A stretch of 64,000 bases of DNA from Eledone cirrhosa (lineage: Eukaryota): positions 42,284,001-42,348,000 of the forward strand of contig OZ024754.1 in assembly GCA_964016885.1 (NCBI GenBank), given 5' to 3'. The notes under the pieces were generated by a model that had not been told where the DNA came from, searched no databases, and saw only the letters and a list, made by a program, of their open reading frames with translations. A program made the translations under genes and the position numbers. Positions 54,723 through 64,000 of this stretch are shown here, in pieces. Positions within the stretch are counted from its first letter, which is position 1; every line of letters starts with the position of its first letter.

Positions 54723-55604
54723 TTTTGTTCTTCCCTTGATATTATATCGATCTAATCGTCCTTTACATATGAGAATAAGAGAATCTGTGCGATCAAGAAG
54801 GCCTTTAATATTTTTACAACCACTTTCGCTACCATCAACCCACATAATCATATCACCACGTACTTTCGTTTCCTCTGTTGAAACGACTTTGGAATTTACT
54901 AATAAACCTTGACTAAAATTACCAGAATTATAAAGAGTTGTAGCTTCATTTAAAATAAGTTCTGCTTCTTTATCTCCAATGAAATTATCAACAAGACAAA
55001 TACCATATTTTTCCATACTTTCAACAACATAATTAACGAGGTCTGTATTTAAAGTCATCTTTTTATGATGTTTAGATGAAGTTTGGACAATATTTTTATC
55101 AGTTTTGGCACTAGCAGTATTGGGTTTTAATTCCGTATATGTTGTAAATTGTTGTTGTTGTGAAGCATTATCATTACTCGCAGACGATTTCAAGTTAATT
55201 TCTGTTACGATGCCGGTTGATACATCGGTGTTTTCAATTGTAGATAAATTTGTTGTTAATTTTAAATTCGATGAAATACATTGTTCAGTTGTAACAACGG
55301 GATCCAAGTGATGTGTTTTCGGTTTAGGTTTTCTCTTGTGTGTCTTTTTAGAAACTTCTTTGGTTTTCTTCTGTTGACTAAAAGACTCCGTTTCAGACGA
55401 CGAAATAGCTGGAACTGAAACATTAACCGCCGACGGATTCACGTCAGATCTTTGTGGACGTTGTTTACCTTTACATAATTTTTTATGAACCTTCCAATCT
55501 GATTTTTGATGATCTTGACTGCAATACCAAGTATTTCTACATCCACCACACAGAGAAAGATTTTCGAACGTTCCACATAGTTGACAAATTTTAGTTGTTG
55601 ACAT
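54723..55604 (-). CDS. EGLN1: EGLN1/PHD2 HIF prolyl hydroxylase, coding exon 1 (MYND finger, linker, start of catalytic domain)
   Basis: ATG at 55604 (the ORF track starts at an upstream TTG). CQLC...CGGCRNTWYCSQDHQKSDWKVHKKLC is a MYND finger. YGICLVDNF...VRGDMIMWVDG...IKGRTK follows, then donor AAA|GTGAGT at the same position as the human EGLN1 exon 1 end. Confidence 0.96.
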
Positions 55605-57309
55605 TTTCAATGTGGAACTGAGCCAACTTTTATTGACTAAGACGCAGTTTCGTACAAATGCTGGCTCCTCTATACGTATAATGTATTATTGTTATATTAG
55701 AAATTTGGCACATTCTACATTTATATTTAATATTTTACCTAAACAACAACACGATAATTAGACATTTCTATTTTAAACTTCACTGAATTAATATAACGGT
55801 AGGAAACTGTTATAGTTTTTTGTTTTGTTTTGCTACCTGACAATTCCTTTTCTTGTTATGTCGGTACAATGTTTGACCTCCCTCTTCATTTTGTTGTTGT
55901 TGTTTTTAGTCTTAAAATTTACTGATGATTAAAAAACAAAAACTGGATCGGATTGACTGAAATCTGGTAAAGTCTTAGGTTTTGTTAAATCTAAAATATT
56001 CTGATATTTCAATTCATATTCTCCTAGCAACGATATCCGTGTCAAAAAAAACTATGTAAACAGTTACTTATTTGGAGACAATTAATTACCTAATAATAAT
56101 TAACTGTCACACTGGAAACAACTGTTGATGATTTCAACTAATTCGTCTCAGAAATATCTGTTAATGTTGTCATTGTTTTAGCCCCAGGTCAACTCTGACG
56201 GACCCATCATCAATACCATTCCAGTCACGTACATCCCCTTCCTTATTTCTCTTCGTTTTTTCTTTCTTTCTTACTTCTATGACTGCCGTTTCTTTTAGAA
56301 AACGTTCAGTAGTAACTAAAGAGAGAATTTTCTGATATTTCTAGCAAGTCAGTCAGCTACATAAATGTTCTTTAATAGCTCAGATCCTTTATTTGTCAAT
56401 ATCAGAAGACAAACATAAATAAATAAATATAATCAGGATATTACAACCGGTTTTATTTTATCTACAATAAGAGCCGTTATATCATTATTTTAAATTGTCT
56501 TGTAAACTTTTACTTTTTCAGCATTCAATATTTATTTCTTACTACGATATTGGTTCGATATAAATTTATCGATATTAATTTATTGAATTTCTAATAAAAT
56601 TTTATAAATATTTTTTTACATCGAGACTATCAATAAACGAATCTTCGGTGTAAGATGTAAATATTGTGAACTTGGGCGTATTTTTAAGGAATGGAATTAA
56701 TGACTTCGTAGATAAAATATAATTATTTTAGTATTGACTTGCTTACATATATTGGTGGAACCGGATCTTTCTTTTGGATAATAAAAGGAATAGCAGCGAT
56801 CATGTCCTGTTTTAGTGTATGTGTCGTAAATAAAATGAGATGTCTCTAATTAGGAATTAAAAACAACTAATGAGCTCAACTTTACAGAACTTACAAGTCA
56901 AAATATAAATTACGATCTAGTCAGAACACTACAAATTATTGTTTTTTACTCAGAAACTACAATATATTTAATAAGCCTAAAGACTATGTGGATATATAGA
57001 GTGCCGAAATAATATAAAAGGGAGAGAATAATAAAGAAAAAGGAGGGGAGAAGAGTGGCACACTTAATTACCGCAACAAGGGGAGCTGGAATGGCCTCCT
57101 AATTATATTTCGAAGTAAGGCATCACATATGCAGCATTGGCACATGTGATAGCTACTCTAAGACACGTAATGTCCAAACAACTTCGTGGGCCTTACCTAA
57201 TGCCAATGATGACAAAAACTTCATTGTCTGTGGACCAGTTTCCCCTAACGTCCCGAATTCCACAGACTGGAAAAAATAGTTTGCCAATAATTGTGAAATC
57301 ACAACTCTG

Positions 57310-57555
57310 CTACTATTGACATGTGGTTAGAATGTCTCAGGAAAGAATCACTGGACACATTTTATGGGTAAAAACCAACTGGCAGAAGACCCAGGGGATA
57401 GACCCTGAGCAAGATGGTTGGATAACATCCATGGGCTTGACCGGTCTCACTTGGGGATCCAGCCAGATCAGTGGAGTCGGTTGCTTCTGACAGGACCTGT
57501 TTGAGGACTCTGTCCCCCATGACGCTCTCAGGAATAAGTGGGCGAAGAAGAAGAA
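57310..57555 (+). mobile_element. RTE LINE 3' fragment nested in the CRE-like remnant
   Basis: GAGCAAGATGGTTGGATAACATCCATG...CTCTCAGGAATAAGTGGGCGAAGAAGAAG; same family as 1205-2775. Confidence 0.8.
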
Positions 57556-57917
57556 TTTTTGGTATTTTAGAATTTTATTCCAGTTAGCTATGGATGCAGT
57601 GACCCTTACCTTTACTGCAGCAAACAAGATGTGGGAGGGAGCAAAAGAGTTCCTGACTGTGGTGTCCAAAATGAGACATCTACTTCTTACCCAGGGGCAA
57701 AAGGTAAGACCATCTGACACCTTCTTATCAACCCTGGACAATCCAGCATCCTCTAGAATTCAAGGGATACTAATTCGAGCCAGGGCCCACTTGATTCAGC
57801 TTGGTATGACAAGCAAAGTGACCAGCATTCAAATGGCAAAACAATCCATGAAGACCTGTGGGTTTTCCACATTTTCAATTCCCCATAGACATCAGCTTCA
57901 ACTCATGCAGACTGATT

Positions 57918-58477
57918 AGACCATTGATGTTGACCACAGGGAGACCATGAACCCAGTCCCCTGACAATAGACCACTGATGTTGACCACAGGGAGACCATC
58001 AACCCAGTCCCCTGACAATAGACCACTGATGTTGACCACAGGGAGACCATCAACCCAGTCCCCTGACAATAGACCACTGATGTTGACCACAGGGAGACCA
58101 TCAACCCAGTACCCTGACAATAGACCACTGATGTTGACCACAGGGAGATCATCAACCCAGTCCCCTGACAATAGACCACTGATGTTGACCACAGGGAGAC
58201 CATCAACCCAGTCCCCTGACAATAGACCACTGATGTTGACCACAGGGAGACCATCAACCCAGTCCCCTGACAATAGACCACTGATGTTGACCACAGGGAG
58301 ACCATCAACCCAGTCCCCTGACAATAGACCACTGATGTTGACCACAGGGAGACCATCAACCCAGTCCCCTGACAATAGACCACTGATGTTGACCACAGGG
58401 AGAGTATCAACCCAGTCTCCTGACAATAGACCACTGATGTTGACCACAGGGAGAGTATCAACCCAGTACCCTGACAA
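57918..58477. repeat. 51-bp minisatellite (17 codons), about 11 copies
   Basis: The ORF repeats GDWVDGLPVVNISGLLS (17 aa); unit AGACCACTGATGTTGACCACAGGGAGACCATCAACCCAGTCCCCTGACAAT. Confidence 0.95.
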
Positions 58478-58551
58478 TAAAACCCAGCCCCCCCCCCTCT
58501 CTCAAAAATTATAATCACCCTAAAGTGGGATCATCTGAAACTTTACATGCT

Positions 58552-58792
58552 AACCTTCAGTGGTAACCTACAGTGGTACCCTTCAGTGGTAACCTACAGT
58601 GGTACCCTTCAGTGGTAACCTTCAGTGGTAACCTACAGTGGTACCCTTCAGTGGTAACCTTCAGTGGTAACCTACAGTGGTACCCTTCAGTGGTACCCTT
58701 CAGTGGTAACCTACAGTGGTAACCTACAGTGGTACCCTTCAGTGGTAACCTTCAGTGGTAACCTTCAGTGGTAACCTTCAGTGGTAACCTAC
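58552..58792. repeat. 13-bp minisatellite (CAGTGGTAACCTT/CAGTGGTACCCTT/CAGTGGTAACCTA)
   Basis: About 18 units. Confidence 0.94.
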
Positions 58793-58871
58793 AAGGCTAA
58801 CTAACCAGTTTAACAAGTAAAAAATAGCTTGAAAGACAGTTGTGGTTGTTAGAGGAAGGTTTGAATGTTAT

Positions 58872-58998
58872 CAGTAAGGGTGGAGGACAGTAGGGGTGGA
58901 GGGCAGTAGGGGTGGAGGGCAGTAGGGGTGGAGGACAGTAGGGGTGGAGGACAGTAAGGGTGGAGGACAGTAAGGGTGGAGGGCAGTAGGGGTGGAGG
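58872..58998. repeat. 16-bp G-rich minisatellite (CAGTAGGGGTGGAGGA)
   Basis: About 8 units with GGG/GGGG runs. Confidence 0.92.
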
Positions 58999-59837
58999 AG
59001 TTGGCCTTAAGATAAAGAACAAATTATGTGAAAATAAACAAGATTTCATTTTAAATAAATAAAATGTAGCAATAATAAAAAATGAATAAATAAATAAAAT
59101 AAATAAATGTACATAAAAAAATCAGTTTATAACATGATATTGTAGATTATGCAATCTGTAAGTGTATCAGGAATATGGCGTGAACTGGGTTCAAACATTT
59201 GATAAGATTTTTGTTTGATAAAAAAAAAAAAATGTTTCAATTGTTTAAATTTTTTAGTTCTAATTTAGTCACAAGGCCAGAAAATTGTGTTGGGAAGGGC
59301 AAACTTAATTAAATCAACCCCAGTGCATGACTGGTAATTTATCAACCCAGTACATGACTGGTAATTTATCAACCCCAGTGCATGACTGGTATTTTATCAA
59401 CCCAACACCGGAAGGATGAAAGGGAAAATTAGCCTTGGTGAGATTTAAACTCAGACCTTAAATCTTTAGCATTTAAATCGGCCATATCTGGCCAGAATTC
59501 TCTCTCCACTTTCTGTTCAAACCGGCCATAACTGGCTATTCATACTGATGTTAAGGTATTGTTCTCAAAATAAATAGCATCAAAATCTCATAGATTTGAT
59601 ATTATGTGAGGTAAAGCCTTTACCATGAAAATATAATAGTAAATATAGAATATATAGAAGACCCCTTCGAATGACCAAGGGATTTACACCTAGAAAGTTT
59701 CCCTCTGAAGCACAACTCTGGGCAAGGTTACTTGAGGAAGACCAACAGTCAGCCATACATACCAGTCTTCTCTCTCCACGCCACTGATGTTGTCCAAGGG
59801 AAAGGCAATGGCCGATACAGCTTGGCATCAGTGACAT

Positions 59838-59904
<67 letters not shown>

Positions 59905-60262
59905 TATATATACACTATCTGATAATATATGTATATATATACATTATATATACACTATCTGATAATGTATATATATATATACACTATATGTATATATATA
60001 CATTATATATACACTATCTGATAATGTATATATATATATACATTATATATACACTATCTGATAATGTATATATATATATATACATTATATATACACTATC
60101 TGATAATGTATATATATATATACATTATATATACACTATCTGATAATGTATATATATATATATACATTATATATACACTATCTGATAATGTATATATATA
60201 TATATATACATTATATATACACTATCTGATAATGTATATATATATACATTATATATACACTA

Positions 60263-60380
60263 TCTGAGTTCAAATCCCGCCGAAGTTAACTTTGCCTTTC
60301 ATCCTTACGGGGTCGATAAAATAAAGTACCAGTAATGCACTGGGTAATTGCTGGCCTTGTGCCAAAAGTAGAAACAATTA
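60263..60380 (+). mobile_element. OK-like SINE 3' half
   Basis: TCTGAGTTCAAATCCCGCCGA...GGCCTTGTGCCAAAAGTAGAAACAATTAT. Confidence 0.87.
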
Positions 60381-62195
60381 TATATACACTATATATACAT
60401 TACATATACACTATATATACATTACATATACATTGTATATACATTATATATACACTATATATAGATTACATATACACTATATATACATTACATATACATT
60501 GTATATACATTATATATACACTATATATGCATTACATATACACTATATATACATTACATATACATTGTATATACATTATATATACACTATATATACATTA
60601 CATATACACTATATATACATTACATATACATTGTATATACATTATATATACACTATATATACATTACATATACACTATATATACATTACATATACATTGT
60701 ATATACATTATATATACACTATATATACATTACATATACACTATATATACATTACATATACATTGTATATACATTATATATACACTATATATACATTACA
60801 TATACACTATATATACATTACATATACATTGTATATACATTATATATACATTACATATACACTATATATACACTATATATATACATTACATATACATTGT
60901 ATATACACTATATATACATTACATATACATTACATATACACTATATATACATTACATATACATTATATATACACTATATATACATTACATATACACTATA
61001 TATACATTACATATACATTGTATATACATTATATATACACTATATATACATTACATATACACTATATATACATTACATATACATTGTATATACATTATAT
61101 ATACACTATATATATATTACATATACACTATATATACATTACATATACATTGTATATACATTATATATACACTATATATACATTACATATACACTATATA
61201 TACATTACATATACATTGTATATACATTATATATACATTACATATACACTATATATACACTATATATATACATTACATATACATTGTATATACACTATAT
61301 ATACATTACATATACATTACATATACACTATATATACATTACATATACATTATATATACACTATATATACATTACATATACACTATATATACATTACATA
61401 TACATTGTATATACATTATATATACACTATATATATATTACATATACACTATATATACATTACATATACATTGTATATACATTATATATACACTATATAT
61501 ACATTACATATACACTATATATACATTACATATACATTGTATATACATTATATATACATTACATATACACTATATATACACTATATATATACATTACATA
61601 TACATTGTATATACACTATATATACATTACATATACATTACATATACACTATATATACATTACATATACATTATATATACACTATATATACATTACATAT
61701 ACACTATATATACATTACATATACATTGTATATACATTATATATACACTATATATACATTACATATACACTATATATACATTACATATACATTGTATATA
61801 CATTATATATACACTATATATAGATTACATATACACTATATATACATTACATATACATTGTATATACATTATATATACACTATATATACATTACATATAC
61901 ACTATATATACATTACATATACATTGTATATACATTATATATACACTATATATACATTACATATACACTATATATACATTACATATACATTGTATATACA
62001 TTATATATACACTATATATACATTATATATACACTATATATACATTACATATACATTGTATATACATTATATATACACTATATATACACTATATATACAT
62101 TACATATACATTGTATATACATTATATATACATTACATATACATTATATATACACTATATATACATTATATATACACTATATATACATTATATAT
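60381..62195. repeat. 12-bp-based satellite (TATACATTACA/TATACACTATA variants) with 48-bp higher order
   Basis: Explains the 620-aa and 598-aa Y/I/H/T ORFs. Confidence 0.96.
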
Positions 62196-62198
62196 GAT

Positions 62199-62399
62199 AT
62201 TGTCCAAGAGAAAGAAAGGCAATGACTGATACAGTTTGACACGAGTGACATAGCAAGTCATTTCTACAGCTGAGTCAACTGGAGCAACATGAAATAAAGT
62301 GACTTGTTCAAGGACATAACACATCACCTGGTCCGAGAATCGAACTCACAACCTTCCGATTGCAAGCCCAATGCTCTAACCTCTAAGCCATGCACCTTC
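62199..62399 (-). mobile_element. OR-like SINE 5' part (3' part at 59659-59838)
   Basis: AGAATCGAACTCACAACC...GCTCTAACCTCTAAGCCATGCACC matches 1-107 and overlaps in sequence with 59790-59836. Confidence 0.8.
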
Positions 62400-62528
62400 A
62401 TATATAGAGTAATGTAAATGCTAAAAGGTTAAAGAGCAAAAAGAAACAGCACAATGGCATTTCATTGCCGCTCTACCAATTCTACTTATCTATTACCTTC
62501 AATGAATATTTTTAAGTAATTATTATCA

Positions 62529-62718
62529 GTGGATTGTCAGTATCGGTAGAGGGTCGGACGCCATGCTTTCCAGCATAGAGTTACGTCCCTTTGCGGTCTG
62601 AGTTCAAATCCCGCCGAGGTTAACTTTGCCTTTCATCTTTACGGGGTTGGTAAAATAAAGTACCAGTAATGTACTGGGATAATTGCTGGCCTCGTGCTAA
62701 AAGTAGAAACAATTATTA
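62529..62718 (+). mobile_element. OK-like SINE
   Basis: Family consensus. Confidence 0.88.
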
Positions 62719-62924
62719 TCATTTAACATGTTCTTCCATGCTAGCAAGAGTTGAATGGATTGTCATGGCTGGATTGTCAAAGACTTAATAAGAGTTACTG
62801 ACCTCGCAGATAGGTCAGTGACCTCTATCACGTTTATATACGTTCTAGCACTTTACAAAGTGTATTGAGTGCATATTAATGTGACACCAGTGCTAGAGAT
62901 GTCATGTACTTGACTGGGTGTATA

Positions 62925-64000
62925 TTATGAGGGAAGCACTAGAGGGTGTATATTGTGAGAGAAGCACTAGAGGGTGTATATTGTGAGAAGTACTAGAGGG
63001 TGTATATTGTGAGAGAAGCACTAGAGGGTGTATATTGTGAGAGAAGCACTAGAGGGTGTATATTGTGAGAGAAGCACTAGAGGGTGTATATTGTGAGAAG
63101 CACTAGAGGGTGTATATTATGAGGGAAGCACTAGAGGGTGTATATTATGAGAAGTACTAGAGGGTGTATATTATGAGGGAAGCACTAGAGGGTGTATATT
63201 GTGAGAGAAGCACTAGAGGGTGTATATTATGAGAGAAGCACTAGAGGGTGTATATTGTGAGAGAAGCACTAGAGGGTGTATATTGTGAGAAGTACTAGAG
63301 GGTGTATATTATGAGGGAAGCACTAGAGGGTGTATATTGTGAGAGAAGCACTAGAGGGTGTATATTATGAGGGAAGCACTAGAGGGTGTATATTATGAGG
63401 GAAGCACTAGAGGGTGTATATTATGAGGGAAGCACTAGAGGGTGTATATTGTGAGAGAAGCACTAGAGGGTGTATATTATGAGGGAAGCACTAGAGGGTG
63501 TATATTATGAGGGAAGCACTAGAGGGTGTATATTGTGAGAAGTACTAGAGGGTGTATATTATGAGGGAAGCACTAGAGGGTGTATATTATGAGGGAAGCA
63601 CTAGTGGGTGTATATTGTGAGAGAAGCACTAGAGGGTGTATATTGTGAGAGAAGCACTAGAGGGTGTATATTGTGAGGGAAGCACTAGAGGGTGTATATT
63701 ATGAGGGAAGCACTAGAGGGTGTATATTGTGAGAGAAGCACTAGAGGGTGTATATTATGAGGGAAGCACTAGAGGGTGTATATTATGAGGGAAGCACTAG
63801 AGGGTGTATATTGTGAGAAGTACTAGAGGGTGTATATTATGAGGGAAGCACTAGAGGGTGTATATTATGAGGGAAGCACTAGTGGGTGTATATTGTGAGA
63901 GAAGCACTAGAGGGCGTATATTATGAGGGAAGCACTAGAGGGTGTATATTATGAGAGAAGCACTAGAGGGTGTATATTATGAGAGAAGCACTAGAGGGTG
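62925..64000. repeat. 26-28-bp minisatellite (GAAGCACTAGAGGGTGTATATT(A/G)TGAG), runs off the window
   Basis: Visible tandem units. Confidence 0.96.

Larger units (their letters stand above)
57125..58480 (-). mobile_element. Decayed CRE-like (restriction-like endonuclease) non-LTR retrotransposon C-terminus
   Basis: Minus-strand peptides SGDWVHGLPV, CGKPTGLHGLFCHLNAG (zinc knuckle), LEDAGLSRVDKKVSDGLTFCPW...LILDTTVRNSFAPSH...KILKY (RLE, xDGKRPDG-like) and VEFGTLGETGPQTMKFL. Stops and frameshifts are present. Confidence 0.75.
59458..62432. mobile_element. piggyBac-type MITE split by nested SINE and satellite insertions
   Basis: The body at 59458-59650 matches 37929-38130. The missing terminus ATATAGAGTAATGTAAATGCTAAAAGGTTAA is found at 62402-62432. 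Confidence 0.8.

Noticed and set aside
56226-56231. TACGTG hypoxia-response element on - upstream of EGLN1 (another at about 57164)
   Set aside because: A 6-mer expected by chance, and both copies lie in repeat-derived sequence; needs conservation or ChIP evidence.
60335-62229. 620-aa and 598-aa ORFs
   Set aside because: Products of a 12-bp AT-rich satellite, starting inside a SINE.

Overview
AT-rich, microsatellite-dense eukaryotic DNA. The tRNA-derived SINEs resemble the OK/OR families of Octopus, so the source is most likely an octopod cephalopod (inference). Two spliced protein-coding genes converge tail to tail. (1) On +, the 3' part of an Ena/VASP actin-regulator gene: six coding exons at 10947-26269 with the proline-rich, GAB, FAB and tetramerisation segments; the EVH1 exons were not found and probably lie before the window. 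(2) On -, a complete EGLN1/PHD2-type HIF prolyl hydroxylase: ATG at 55604, five coding exons, stop at 44769, about 408 aa, with a MYND finger and HxD...H...R 2OG-Fe(II) core. An orphan coiled-coil exon lies between them on - (30167-30333). Nearly all long ORFs in the track are artefacts of micro- and minisatellites. The rest is SINEs, decayed RTE/CR1/CRE retroposons, TTAA-flanked piggyBac-type MITEs and more than 20 tandem arrays. The most interesting non-genic signals are: degenerate type I hammerhead-ribozyme motifs (7065, 39582, 54011) and long palindromes built around hammerhead 3' halves, probably Penelope-like or retrozyme remnants; minisatellites that repeatedly arise from inside retroposon bodies; a possible intron in the EGLN1 3' UTR; and an Ena/VASP-EGLN linkage that mirrors the three human paralogue pairs. 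All calls were read by eye and none has been checked by computation.
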